This document shows, piece by piece, positions 37,196 to 47,399 of a DNA stretch of 64,000 bases. Each line of letters opens with the position of its first letter. The first letter of the stretch is position 1. The stretch spans positions 10,492 through 74,491 of IMG/VR virus record IMGVR_UViG_3300042868_003052, one strand, 5' to 3'. A program made the translations under genes and the position numbers. Under the pieces are notes generated by a model. The model searched no databases and was not told the DNA's origin. It worked only from the letters and a program-made list of their open reading frames with translations. The stretch comes from a virus. Its lineage: Duplodnaviria; Heunggongvirae; Uroviricota; Caudoviricetes.

Positions 37196-37416
37196 TGCCT
37201 ATCTTTGCTATAAAAGGTGAAACTCGTCATGAATGCCTAGTTGCTGGCCATACGTTAGATAACCGTATAATGGTGTTTACAGAATACCATAGAGCTCGTG
37301 GCAGTCAGATGCGTGTGTTTGTCGGCGATAAACCTGGTGATACTTATACGCATCTTGAAGACGATAGCGGCAACGTAATCTCTATTGAAGAGCTAAAAGC
37401 AATGCGTAAGCATTAA
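37192..37416 (+). CDS. hypothetical protein
   Basis: 74-aa ORF, ATGA-coupled. Confidence 0.3.
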   Translation: MMPIFAIKGETRHECLVAGHTLDNRIMVFTEYHRARGSQMRVFVGDKPGDTYTHLEDDSGNVISIEELKAMRKH

Positions 37417-37423
37417 CAATCAG

Positions 37424-37497
37424 ACCCTCCTTGTGAGTTCTGCATTACCTTCGGGTAGTGTGGAGCTTACAGGGAGGATTCCCTTTATTTTTTTTTC
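37424..37497 (+). terminator. strong intrinsic terminator (long hairpin with UUCG loop plus T13 tract)
   Basis: cagaccctcc...cattacc-ttcg-ggtagtg...gggagga followed by tttatttttttttt. Confidence 0.6.
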
Positions 37498-37507
37498 GGT
37501 TTTGGTT

Positions 37508-37852
37508 ATGAAAATCAAAGAATGGTTATCAGTTAAGAATCAGATGTCTCAAATAGGTAGACACCATTGGGACGTCTCAAGGTTAATCCAACTCTCAAAA
37601 GATCTACCTGTATTTGAAGCTCAATTAGACTGCATCAATGTCTGGAAGAAATATGATGTATCTATGCGCGAAATGGTGATGCATATGAAAGCAATTTTAG
37701 ATGCTGACCTTAAATATCCAATCATCCTTGACGAAGATGGTGAAATCATGGATGGTCGTCATAGAATAATGAAAGCAATGCCCCTAGGTCTTAACACAAT
37801 TAAGGCTGTACGCTTTCAAGAGAACCCTCCACCTTGTAAGATTAGCGATTAA
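37508..37852 (+). CDS. ParB-like nuclease domain protein
   Basis: ILDEDGEIMDGRHRIMKAM resembles the ParB/Srx motif (DG.HR). Start at internal ATG (MKIKEW). Confidence 0.35.
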   Translation: MKIKEWLSVKNQMSQIGRHHWDVSRLIQLSKDLPVFEAQLDCINVWKKYDVSMREMVMHMKAILDADLKYPIILDEDGEIMDGRHRIMKAMPLGLNTIKAVRFQENPPPCKISD

Positions 37853-37898
37853 CAGGTAGCCGCTAATATAATTAAAATAATTCAAGTGGCATTACCAT

Positions 37899-37918
37899 AA
37901 GCCCGTTAACTTAACCCT
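37899..37918 (+). promoter_or_regulatory. phage-specific promoter-like element, copy 5 (AAGCCCGTTAACTTAACCCT)
   Basis: Perfect consensus copy upstream of the terS/terL operon. Confidence 0.55.
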
Positions 37919-37939
37919 AGGACGTTCCTCCCTAGATTA

Positions 37940-38150
37940 TTACCCTTTAAGGATGTCTTTAGACGTTCATGTGGTTAGTATGTATCCTTAATAGATAATT
38001 AAGATATTATATCACTATATGATCATTAGTAGATAGTTAGTAATTAATCTTACTAATTAAGAATCTATTAATATCCTTAAATGAACCCTTAATAAGCGGT
38101 GAAGTACGATCGGGTGGACAGTGGGTCGTAGTGGGTGGGTCACGCTAAGT
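37940..38150. other. AT-rich repeat region with G-rich tandem repeats (candidate pac site / genome terminus)
   Basis: About 25% GC between 37960 and 38090, with repeated ttagta/attaat words and a degenerate copy of the early motif at about 38010. Followed by gtgggtcgtagtgggtgggtcac. Directly upstream of terS. Confidence 0.3.
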
Positions 38151-38195
38151 TGTTGATCCGTAACGAAATTTTTGAAAGCATTTGGAAGAGAAAAT

Positions 38196-38645
38196 ATGAC
38201 TGACAACATTGAACAGCCTCCACTGAGAGGCGGTAGACCTGCCGGAATCCCTCAGTTCCAAGCTGGTGGAAAGAAATCAGTAAATCGCTTAGCTCAGTTA
38301 CAATATGACCCTATTGGTGAATTGGTAGCAAACTACCGTAAACTAGAGCTAGAAATAGAACGCCAAGAGAAAATCAGAGATGGTGTTATTGTGGAGCTGA
38401 CTGCTCAGGGTAAACCTCGGGCTTATCGTGCTGAAGTACACCATGCACTATTCGATAAGATGATTGCTATTGGTGATAAACTGCTTCGGTATGGCTATGG
38501 TCGTGTACCTGAAACCACAATCGTTGAAGAACGTAAACCTCAACCACTTATTGTGAACCTCACCAAGAAAGGTGATGTGTATATAGCCAATGATGTGCAA
38601 CCTGATGGTGTAATGTCTGACGAGGACTTTAACGATGACGATTAA
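38196..38645 (+). CDS. terS: terminase small subunit (candidate)
   Basis: Position immediately upstream of, and overlapping, terL. About 150 aa with an acidic C-terminus. No motif proof. Confidence 0.4.
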   Translation: MTDNIEQPPLRGGRPAGIPQFQAGGKKSVNRLAQLQYDPIGELVANYRKLELEIERQEKIRDGVIVELTAQGKPRAYRAEVHHALFDKMIAIGDKLLRYGYGRVPETTIVEERKPQPLIVNLTKKGDVYIANDVQPDGVMSDEDFNDDD

Positions 38646-39981
38646 TCTTCATGCTGGACAATCAGAGGTTTATGAAGACCTCTTTGTGCATCAAGCTTGT
38701 AGATTCTCTGTGGTTAATTGCTCGCGCGGCTGGGGTAAATCATATATGGCAGGTACTGCAGCAGTAACAGCAGTATTTGAACTCCTTGAGTTAGCAGTTA
38801 ATGTACCTAACAAAACAGTGTATGTGATTGCCCCTACATACGATCAGGTTACAGACATCTACTACCCATTGATTAACTACGATCTTGGCATGGAACACTA
38901 TGCTTTAAGATCTTCACGTGACCTTGGTAGGTTTATCTTTCCTAACAACGTAGAACTCAGATTGCTCTCTTATGAAGCAGTTGAGCGTATGCGCGGTAAG
39001 GGTGCTTATTTTGTTGTGTGGGATGAGGTATCATCTTGCAAGAAGGGTATTAACCCTAAAGAGGCTTGGGAAGGTGTTATTCAACCGTGTATCATTACGC
39101 GTTGGAGTAATAAACGTGCCTTGTCTTATGGTGCAAGAGCCCCTGGAAGGGCTTTAATCATTAGCACACCTAAAGGTTATAACTACTTCCATGAGATGTA
39201 CAACTACCAAGAACAAGATAAGAATTGGAAGTCCTATCATTATGATTACACAGAATCTCCATTCTTGGATCGTTCAGAAATTGAACGTATCAAGCATAAT
39301 TTGGATCCTATTCAGTTCGCATCTGAATACTTGGCTTCTTTTGCAGAATCTGGAAACAATGTGTTTTACTGTTTTGACAGAAAGAAACATGTTACTAGTG
39401 AAATCCCTGACTTCACGCCTCCGTCTGATGGTGCAAAAGGTGAAGATGTTCACATCAACATTGACTTTAACGTAGGTATTCAAGCTTCTTCTGCTATGGC
39501 AGTGAGAGGTAAGCAAATCCACATTCTTGATGAGTTCAAAGGTCATCCTGATACTGAGACTCTTGCTATCGCTATTAAGACTAAGTATGCAGGTCATCGT
39601 ATCTTCGCATATCCTGATCCTTCTGGTAGGGCACGGAAGTCTTCAGCACCAGTAGGTAGAACTGACTTTTCTATTCTTGAATCTCATGGTATCAGGTGTC
39701 TTGCTCATTCAAAGGCACCACCAATCATTGACTCTGTAGCTGCTGTGAATAAGAAGCTTATGTCTGCCGCTGGCGATGTAGACTTATATGTTCACCCTCG
39801 CTGTACAGGTGTCATCGCATCATTAGAGCGCACTAAATGGGTTGATAAAAACCCAGATACAGCCACGATTGATAAATCAGAAGGCATAGAACACTTTTCA
39901 GATGGTCTTCGTTATGGTGTAGAGTACTTGTTCCCGATTAATCAAGGCACCAAGAGAACATCTAGAGGGTTTAACTTTTAA
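38635..39981 (+). CDS. terL: terminase large subunit
   Basis: Walker A CSRGWGKS, Walker B FVVWDE, C-terminal nuclease-like acidic residues. 448 aa. Confidence 0.8.
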   Translation: MTINLHAGQSEVYEDLFVHQACRFSVVNCSRGWGKSYMAGTAAVTAVFELLELAVNVPNKTVYVIAPTYDQVTDIYYPLINYDLGMEHYALRSSRDLGRFIFPNNVELRLLSYEAVERMRGKGAYFVVWDEVSSCKKGINPKEAWEGVIQPCIITRWSNKRALSYGARAPGRALIISTPKGYNYFHEMYNYQEQDKNWKSYHYDYTESPFLDRSEIERIKHNLDPIQFASEYLASFAESGNNVFYCFDRKKHVTSEIPDFTPPSDGAKGEDVHINIDFNVGIQASSAMAVRGKQIHILDEFKGHPDTETLAIAIKTKYAGHRIFAYPDPSGRARKSSAPVGRTDFSILESHGIRCLAHSKAPPIIDSVAAVNKKLMSAAGDVDLYVHPRCTGVIASLERTKWVDKNPDTATIDKSEGIEHFSDGLRYGVEYLFPINQGTKRTSRGFNF

Positions 39982-39990
39982 CAATAAAAC

Positions 39991-40377
39991 ATGGAATCTG
40001 ATATGGCTGAACCCTTATCTACTAGCAGTGCAGCTGCTACTACAGGTCTCATGGCGCTTCTAATCGGTTGGCTTGGTCCAGTTGGTGGTGATGTCATGAT
40101 GGTCTTTCTCAGTTCTATCTGTGGTTGCTTTATTGCAATTAGCGGACTTCGAACTACATTCTTGCAAGCATTAGGCTTGTTAGGTCTTGGCTCATTTATG
40201 TCTCTTCTGACATCGTGGGCTATCGCTTCATTTGCTGCATCACAAATGCCAGCACTGAGTGGCCCTTACTTGCCTAGCATGATTGCAATTCTCATTGGTT
40301 TCTCTTCAAATCGTCTACCTAAAATTCTTAAGGCTCTGACAGAGCGTGTTGAAAATAAGGTAGGAGTCAAGGAATGA
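39991..40377 (+). CDS. membrane protein
   Basis: 128 aa with 3-4 TM segments. Confidence 0.4.
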   Translation: MESDMAEPLSTSSAAATTGLMALLIGWLGPVGGDVMMVFLSSICGCFIAISGLRTTFLQALGLLGLGSFMSLLTSWAIASFAASQMPALSGPYLPSMIAILIGFSSNRLPKILKALTERVENKVGVKE

Positions 40378-40655
40378 TTGAATTAATGTTCTTGCTGACA
40401 TGCCTCGCTATCATAGTAGTAGGCTTTGGATGCACTGTAGCTTTGTGTGGTGAACGCCCTCTATGGGTCAGGCTTGTCGTGCTGAGTCCAGCGTTTGCCT
40501 CAATGTTTGCCGTTTATGGTGTATCTACGTGTTCGTATGTCCCATATCCACACGATGTGGTTTTTCAAATGGCTTTACTAGCCTTGTATGCTCTAGTGGC
40601 ATCACGTTTCACTAAGCACCCCTGGCTGGATATCAAAAAGGTATCACATGGCTGA
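40374..40655 (+). CDS. membrane protein
   Basis: 93 aa with 2-3 TM segments. ATGA-coupled. Confidence 0.4.
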   Translation: MIELMFLLTCLAIIVVGFGCTVALCGERPLWVRLVVLSPAFASMFAVYGVSTCSYVPYPHDVVFQMALLALYALVASRFTKHPWLDIKKVSHG

Positions 40656-43110
40656 TGCAACCACAAATCTACCCATTAATTGGACAATTCAAATTAATGA
40701 CGGTACCACGCTTGTAGCTCAAAATCGATCTACTGGCGCTATCTTTGAAGGCACACCAGAAGCTTTCAATCAGATGATCCTTAACCTTGGTAGTAGCGAG
40801 ACACTCCCTGAGGGTTTTGCACAAAATATTGTTAATAAATTTCGAGAGTCTTTTGAAACATATTCGCCGAATGTTGATGGAGTATGGCTTGAGACTAAGG
40901 CACCTGGTGACATCATCACAGTTGATGGTAACGCCATTGGTGCTTCTTATCTCGTAATTTCTAAAGACCCTCTTTCACTAAATACACTTAGTGAGCTGAA
41001 TTCTGAAGCACGCTTTGCAATGCCATTAGAGTTTGCCTTTGGGCTTTCAATGTCACAGCGGACACATGGTCAAGAGTTTGCAGTGGAGGTTGTTGAGGAT
41101 GGTAACGTAGGTGCAACCCGTTCCACGTTAGTTATCTCTCAGATCGTGCACGGTGTAAACACACTGACTGTCACTACAAGCACACCTCATGGTCTTGTTG
41201 CCGGTAAACGTGTTGCAGTGTCAGGTATGGCAGATAGCCGCCTGAACTATAGTTCGCTTACTGTGTCGTCAGTCCCATCACCGACTACTTTCATCTCTAC
41301 AGCAAAAGCAACAGGTAACGTGCAGAACATTTCGGGTACCTTTAGTGGACCTGGAGTTTTGACAATCAAACCTGCTATTACAAACGCCACTGACGGTGTG
41401 TCGCTGTTGTTTGAAAACACTGTAGCAACTAATGCTAGCTTCTTTATCAAAGGTAGCAATGGTGACTCACTGCCGTCAGGTACTGCTACAGGTAGCCACT
41501 CTCTCACAATCGGTAGTACTGCCCCTGTTCAGGGTGTGAACGCTGTAGGTACTTACGCCTTCCAGCCAACTACTGAATATCGTCTATCGCTACAGGCTGA
41601 CCGACTGCAGCTGATGGACATGGCGGTTGACACAACAGCGGCGCTAGTCAACCGCGCCAACCGCACTCAGGTTATTCCCGCTAATGATAAGAAGTACAAA
41701 GTTCGTATCAAGGCTCTCAATGAAGTGTCTATGACGGCGCCTGTTGGTAAGATTGTGTCTATTGCAAAGTCAGGCACAACTACCGCAACTGTAACATTTG
41801 ATGCCCCACACGGTCTAACTGTAAATGACTACATCAACGTCTTTGGTGTCAGAGATCAGGTTAACTTTGCAAACTTAACAACAGCAACTATTGTGACCTC
41901 TGTAGTTAGCTCTACGGTTATTACAGTAGTCCTTGGCGCGGCTGTTACAGCAACAAGCTACGGCGGTACTGTATACAAGATAGCTGGCGATCAAGTGGCA
42001 AGCTCTATGGGTGCAATTGCACAGTCTGCTCAAACAGCACAAGTATCGACTTTAGGTGATGGCGTAAAAGTCCTTACCCTTGTCGGTAGTGGTAATTGGA
42101 CTGGTGTTCTCATTGGTGACTATGTAAACCTTTATGGTAGCACTCTATCTACTGGTGCAGCTTCAGGATATGATGGTGTCTATAAGGTGCGAAATATCAG
42201 CACGACATCTATTGACTTGGTAGCTGTAACTGGCAACTTAAGCCTTGCAGATATTGGTGCTACTAATATCGGTGGGTGCTTGATACGCAGGACTGATTTA
42301 CGTATAAGCTTCATTCGAATGTTTGATTACGGTCGTCTTCGTGTGGAAACACTAGCACGCCCTGCGTCCGAAGCTTTGTCTGCTATGCCTGTTGTTGTGA
42401 ATAACACACCGGCTGTGACTGTCTCCAGCGGTACTGTGACAAACTCCCAAACTGGTATGCCTGTTCGTATCGCAGATGTAGCTTCTACTGCAATCACTAG
42501 CACTACCACAACTGCCGCGATTACACCTACCTTTGGATGTTCGTACTCTGTTAATATTCCAGTAACAGCTGTTACAGGTACAAACCCGACAATGGATGTG
42601 CGTATTGAAGAGTCTGATGATGACGGTACTAACTGGTATACAGTATTTGAGTTCCCTCGAATTACTGCCACTGGCATGTATCGCTCACCCAAATTACCTC
42701 TTTATGGCAATCGAATCCGATATGTGCAAACATTGACAGGTACGACACCCTCTTTTACAAGATCAGTTAACCGTATCCAGTACTCTGACTTCTGTGACCC
42801 AATTCGACAAATCATTGATCGCTCAATCGTATTGAACACTTTGAATTCTGCGACACCGTCTCTGGATGTGCAGAATTGCCGTAATATCCAAGTCGTTACT
42901 GACCTAGGTACCGTAGGTACACTACCTGTAGTTGCCTTGCAAGGTAGTGATAACGGCACAAGTTGGTACGATATCGCCACTCTTACACTTGTCGCAAGTA
43001 CTGTCAACCGCCAATCTTTTGCAAACACGCAAGCACGTTTTACACGCGTGATTGTCAAAACTGCAGGTGCAACAGCTGTACTTAATAGTCTAACCTTGAA
43101 AGGGTTTTAA
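40648..43110 (+). CDS. large structural protein (tail fibre / tailspike candidate)
   Basis: 820 aa, Thr/Ser/Val/Ala/Gly-rich, low charge. Heads a fibre-gene cluster. Confidence 0.4.
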   Translation: MADATTNLPINWTIQINDGTTLVAQNRSTGAIFEGTPEAFNQMILNLGSSETLPEGFAQNIVNKFRESFETYSPNVDGVWLETKAPGDIITVDGNAIGASYLVISKDPLSLNTLSELNSEARFAMPLEFAFGLSMSQRTHGQEFAVEVVEDGNVGATRSTLVISQIVHGVNTLTVTTSTPHGLVAGKRVAVSGMADSRLNYSSLTVSSVPSPTTFISTAKATGNVQNISGTFSGPGVLTIKPAITNATDGVSLLFENTVATNASFFIKGSNGDSLPSGTATGSHSLTIGSTAPVQGVNAVGTYAFQPTTEYRLSLQADRLQLMDMAVDTTAALVNRANRTQVIPANDKKYKVRIKALNEVSMTAPVGKIVSIAKSGTTTATVTFDAPHGLTVNDYINVFGVRDQVNFANLTTATIVTSVVSSTVITVVLGAAVTATSYGGTVYKIAGDQVASSMGAIAQSAQTAQVSTLGDGVKVLTLVGSGNWTGVLIGDYVNLYGSTLSTGAASGYDGVYKVRNISTTSIDLVAVTGNLSLADIGATNIGGCLIRRTDLRISFIRMFDYGRLRVETLARPASEALSAMPVVVNNTPAVTVSSGTVTNSQTGMPVRIADVASTAITSTTTTAAITPTFGCSYSVNIPVTAVTGTNPTMDVRIEESDDDGTNWYTVFEFPRITATGMYRSPKLPLYGNRIRYVQTLTGTTPSFTRSVNRIQYSDFCDPIRQIIDRSIVLNTLNSATPSLDVQNCRNIQVVTDLGTVGTLPVVALQGSDNGTSWYDIATLTLVASTVNRQSFANTQARFTRVIVKTAGATAVLNSLTLKGF

Positions 43111-43701
43111 ATGGCACGATCTAGAATAACCGCAACTTCTGATGATTTAGTTTCGGATTCTGGGTCTGTTCTGTGGTCTTTTGTGTTAGGTGAGCAGCTT
43201 GAATTCCCCTTAGTTCTTAACTTTGTGGAAGACGCAACTGCTGGCTATACATATGAGGCTGTCGTAATTGAGGCTGATAACATTCAAGACTCTGACGACA
43301 CACCAGTATCTGTTAAGATAGGTGGTGTACAGACACGACTCAATGTCCGAATCCCTGAAAACCGAGGTAATTGGGATGCTCCACAAGCTTACAACCGTGA
43401 AGATGTAGTAAAGCATAATTTGAAGTATTACAAACTACTTCGTGGTGTTGCACGAACAAGTGCTACTACACCTGATCTTGACCCTTTGTGGGAAGAGACT
43501 ACTCTCGGCACAATCTATTTACAGTTTCCAAAGACACTAGGTCTTGATTGGGGTGTGACACCTTCTGTGACAGCCCCTGTATACGGTTTCTTTGAACTGC
43601 GTGTAACTGAGCCTAATGACTCAATCTTTCAGCGTACATGGAAGCCGATTAGAGGTATGGTGCAAATCCTCTTCAGTCCTACTGAGCTTGTTTCAGATTA
43701 A
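43111..43701 (+). CDS. hypothetical structural protein
   Basis: 196-aa ORF, TAAATG-coupled. Confidence 0.35.
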   Translation: MARSRITATSDDLVSDSGSVLWSFVLGEQLEFPLVLNFVEDATAGYTYEAVVIEADNIQDSDDTPVSVKIGGVQTRLNVRIPENRGNWDAPQAYNREDVVKHNLKYYKLLRGVARTSATTPDLDPLWEETTLGTIYLQFPKTLGLDWGVTPSVTAPVYGFFELRVTEPNDSIFQRTWKPIRGMVQILFSPTELVSD

Positions 43702-43709
43702 GGAGTAAC

Positions 43710-45749
43710 ATGGCTACCAATAAAACTATCACAGCTACTTACAAAGTACCGCCTGTGAAGGCTTCTTCAGTTACTAAGGTAGCCAACTCTTCTGAAAAGA
43801 AGCTTAATGTAAACCTTAGTGGCTATGGAGAAGAGTGGATTCCAGAGGGTACGCTGTTCAAGTACATAGGTGAGAAGCCTGCAAGGGCTGTAGACTCTTT
43901 GCTGATCGCGTACTCTAAAGGCTTCATAGACTCTGGTCAACTGACAGATGCTTTACGTTTTGTTGCAAACAAGGGTGAACATGAGGCTTTAATCGTTGCA
44001 GAGAGTCTCTCAAAAGCTCTTTCAACTACATTGTCGAGTGAGACATCTACAGTAAGCGATGTTGCTTCTAAAGCACCTGCTAAGCTCGTAACAGAATTGC
44101 TAAATGCTGTTGAAATGCTGTTGTTTGTTACCTCAAAAGGTATTTCAGATAATAGCGTTGTCACCGAACAACTTGCAGGTTCTGTAAGTAAAGTTTTAGC
44201 AGATACAGGTGTCAGCACCGACAGTGTAGGCCTTGCCACTGCTAAACAAGCTGCTAATGAGACATCTTCAACTAGTGACGTTGCTTTGCGAAATGTTGGC
44301 AAAGCATTATCTGAGCTTGGAACAGTGTCTGAAATTTTCAAGCTTAGTGTAGGTATTACTGCACAAGACAGTGCTACCTATTCGGATGTGTCCTTTAGGA
44401 GTCTTGCCAAACTCTTCCCAGAAACTCTAGCAGTCAGCGAAGTCTTATCGACAATTGTTGACTACCAACGACAGCTCCTCGAAGATAAATATGCTGAAGA
44501 GTATTTCAGTCAAGATTATGTGCGTGCTGGTTTATCTGTTACGGACACTGTAGCTGCAGCTCTCAGCAAGGCACCCTTTATTGAGAACTCAAGTGTTGTT
44601 GACTCTTTCGCTGTCACGCTGACATTGTTGGCAAACGACAATGTGACGACAGCGGATGCAATGACCAATCTGCTAACTTTTGGCAGGGCATTGCAAGACA
44701 GTATCACAATGTCTGATGATTTCCTTGGTGCTGCAAACACGGATGATGATCAAACGGCTGCTGTTCAGAAGGTATTGTTAGACGCCCCAATTGTTCTAGA
44801 AGCTTTGGCTGCGTCTCTAGCTACCGCTAAATCTGAAATTGCGTACGGTAATGACTCTGTGAGCCTGTCGCCTACAAAAGCAATTACAGATAATTCTGTG
44901 CTTTCAGATAACTTAGTCAACGATACCACTAAGGGTGCAGTTGATAATACAAATCTTTCTGAGGTTATTAGCTTTCTACTTACTCTTGCTAGAGCTTTCG
45001 AAGATACTTCTGTACTCTCTGACGTAGCATCGTTTGGTGTACTCACAAGCGCAAGTGATATTACTTATCGCTCAGATACGCGTCTGCTATCTGTTAGCGT
45101 TGAAGTCATACCTGAACTGTATTTTGCTTCTGACTATGTATCAGGTAGCTATGCCGTCTCAGAACTTCATGTTTCAGACTCTCAAGAATTGAGTTCTTCA
45201 AAGTCACTAAATGAGCTATCAACTACAAGTGAAGGTTATCTAATTGCAATAGGGAAAGAGCAGGTCGAAACACTTGCAGCAACTGACCCCGTTGATTTAA
45301 AGATAACAACTCCAAAATCAGACCAATTGGTTTCAAATGACACAATGGTTAAAGATTACGCTCTTGTTGAATGTAGTAGTCTTTACTTTCTAGGGGATTA
45401 TGCCACACCTGGCTATATTGCAGCTGACGTTCAGCTCAACGACTTGATCCTTACTGAGAGTACGATTATTCGTAGTACGACTGAGAGTAACACGCTTACA
45501 GATACTGTTAACTTGCACACTGGGCGTTCAATAACAAGATTTGCAGTAGTGATGGATCGAAAGGTCTTAAACCCTACTAAAGGTATTGTTGAGAACTGTA
45601 CAATAACAGAGTCTTATGTAAGATCCATTGGTGTTATCAAAGATGATACAGCTAATATGGCTGAAAGCTTTCTTGCAAACAACCAGAACTACATGGCTAG
45701 CAGTTATACTGCACCAGGCTATGTAGGTTCAAACACAATAGGAAATTAA
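43710..45749 (+). CDS. fibrous structural protein (Ser/Thr/Ala/Val-rich)
   Basis: 679 aa, very low complexity, fibre-like. Confidence 0.4.
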   Translation: MATNKTITATYKVPPVKASSVTKVANSSEKKLNVNLSGYGEEWIPEGTLFKYIGEKPARAVDSLLIAYSKGFIDSGQLTDALRFVANKGEHEALIVAESLSKALSTTLSSETSTVSDVASKAPAKLVTELLNAVEMLLFVTSKGISDNSVVTEQLAGSVSKVLADTGVSTDSVGLATAKQAANETSSTSDVALRNVGKALSELGTVSEIFKLSVGITAQDSATYSDVSFRSLAKLFPETLAVSEVLSTIVDYQRQLLEDKYAEEYFSQDYVRAGLSVTDTVAAALSKAPFIENSSVVDSFAVTLTLLANDNVTTADAMTNLLTFGRALQDSITMSDDFLGAANTDDDQTAAVQKVLLDAPIVLEALAASLATAKSEIAYGNDSVSLSPTKAITDNSVLSDNLVNDTTKGAVDNTNLSEVISFLLTLARAFEDTSVLSDVASFGVLTSASDITYRSDTRLLSVSVEVIPELYFASDYVSGSYAVSELHVSDSQELSSSKSLNELSTTSEGYLIAIGKEQVETLAATDPVDLKITTPKSDQLVSNDTMVKDYALVECSSLYFLGDYATPGYIAADVQLNDLILTESTIIRSTTESNTLTDTVNLHTGRSITRFAVVMDRKVLNPTKGIVENCTITESYVRSIGVIKDDTANMAESFLANNQNYMASSYTAPGYVGSNTIGN

Positions 45750-46202
45750 ATGATTAACGAAAACGTTAAAGCTCGCGGTGTTGTCGCCTTCACTCTGGTG
45801 GACGAAAATGGCAACACTAAAGAGTCAGGCACCCATAATTTGGTAGTGGATGCTGGTCTTGCATTTATTGCAAGCCGCATGAAAGATGCTACTGCCGCTG
45901 TGATGTCTCACATGGCTGTTGGTACTGGCACTACTGCCGCTTCTGATGCACAAACAGCGCTTGTTACCGAAGCTGCTCGTGTTGCGTTGACTTCCACGAC
46001 TCAAGTCACTACTACTGTTACTAACGATAGTATCCAGTATGTGGCTACTTTCAACCCTGGTACGGGTACTGGCGCCTTGACTGAAGCGGGTTTGTTCAAC
46101 AATGCTGCAGGTGGTAGCATGCTTGCTCGTACTGTGTTCCCTGTGATTAACAAGGGCGCACTTGACACCTTGTCTATCACTTGGAAAGTGACTGTCGCCT
46201 AA
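45750..46202 (+). CDS. tail-collar fibre protein N-terminal domain (DUF3751-like)
   Basis: ALVTEAARVAL..ALTEAGLFNNAAGGSMLARTVFPVINKG matches the tail-collar fibre N-domain pattern (..tEaGLf..). Confidence 0.45.
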   Translation: MINENVKARGVVAFTLVDENGNTKESGTHNLVVDAGLAFIASRMKDATAAVMSHMAVGTGTTAASDAQTALVTEAARVALTSTTQVTTTVTNDSIQYVATFNPGTGTGALTEAGLFNNAAGGSMLARTVFPVINKGALDTLSITWKVTVA

Positions 46203-46216
46203 TCTAAGGAGCGTTT

Positions 46217-46795
46217 ATGACGATTACATATCGTGAGTTAAACCCTCTGGGTGTTAACATCAAAAACGCTCCGCTAACCAACGCCGAACTCGACGAAAAC
46301 TTCTTTACTCTTGAGGGTACGAAGCAAAATAGTCTTGATGATGGCGTTGGTGACTTCTCTATTGGTTTTGTGAAAACAATCAATGGACAGTCGATTGCGG
46401 GGCAGGGGAATATTGCAGCCTCTAGTGCACCAGTAGGTAGTATCGTCTGGATGCACCCCTCTGCCTCAATTCCAGCTGGTTTCCTTGTGTGCGATGGCTC
46501 ATACTATAATCAGGGTGATTATCCAAACCTTGCAAGCGTTATTGGCGGTAACTATATACCAGACCTAATTGGTAAATTCATTATCGGCACACAGGTAGGG
46601 TCTCAGCAAGATAGCCCACCAACATCTTCCGTCTATCTTAACATTGACGTCCAAACTTTATCAGAAACAGGGATGGTAGATAGTCCTTATGGCGGACGTT
46701 ATAGCACTTGGGTCACTGGTATTATGACTGGAATGTCTTATCTAGATACTGGCTCTATCCCTCAATACGGCCTCGTGCCTTGCATAAAGGTTTAA
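46217..46795 (+). CDS. tail fibre protein with phage Tail_Collar domain
   Basis: IVWMHPSASIPAGFLVCDGSYYNQGDYPNLASVIGGNY matches the Collar domain (iP.GwllCdG...YP.Lf..iG). Confidence 0.55.
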   Translation: MTITYRELNPLGVNIKNAPLTNAELDENFFTLEGTKQNSLDDGVGDFSIGFVKTINGQSIAGQGNIAASSAPVGSIVWMHPSASIPAGFLVCDGSYYNQGDYPNLASVIGGNYIPDLIGKFIIGTQVGSQQDSPPTSSVYLNIDVQTLSETGMVDSPYGGRYSTWVTGIMTGMSYLDTGSIPQYGLVPCIKV

Positions 46796-46796
46796 T

Positions 46797-47399
46797 ATGA
46801 ACGTCACATATCTATGGGATAAAAACTGGGTGTATATTGGTTATCGCCCCTTGCAACCCCGTCCAGATACAGAAGGGGAGTTCTTAGGTCCACCTATTAA
46901 TGGTTGTCTTGATGCACCACCTGAAATTCCCGAAAACTTTGTAGCAGTGCGTGTTGAAGATAAGTGGGTCTTAAAGACAAACTTTGTCGGGAAGACATAC
47001 TACACAAGTACTAGTGATTCTGTAAAGGTTACTGAGATTGGTGAGAGTATTCCTGACGGCGCTTCATGGGATGCACCACCGTCTCCTTATCACACTCTTG
47101 TAAATGGTAATTGGGTTCTTAAGTCTGAAGATGCAGCTCGACAGAAAGAAGACGAACGTATTGCGGCAATTCCTGCCAGCATTACAATGTCTCAATTTCG
47201 TCAACAACTTCTGAAGATTGGAAAACTATCTACTGTCAAGCAGTCTATGGACAAGGCTTCTGAAGAAGTGCAAATCAAGTGGGAGTTTGATACTGAAGTT
47301 CAGTTCCGAAGCTCTCTTAGCACGTATGCAAAAGATATTTGTAACGCAGCTAACTTGGATTGGGACAACTTCTTTACTAACGCAGGACTGATCAAATGA
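46797..47399 (+). CDS. tail fibre assembly protein (Tfa-like) candidate
   Basis: Position immediately after a collar-domain fibre gene. TAATATG coupling. About 200 aa. Confidence 0.35.
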   Translation: MNVTYLWDKNWVYIGYRPLQPRPDTEGEFLGPPINGCLDAPPEIPENFVAVRVEDKWVLKTNFVGKTYYTSTSDSVKVTEIGESIPDGASWDAPPSPYHTLVNGNWVLKSEDAARQKEDERIAAIPASITMSQFRQQLLKIGKLSTVKQSMDKASEEVQIKWEFDTEVQFRSSLSTYAKDICNAANLDWDNFFTNAGLIK

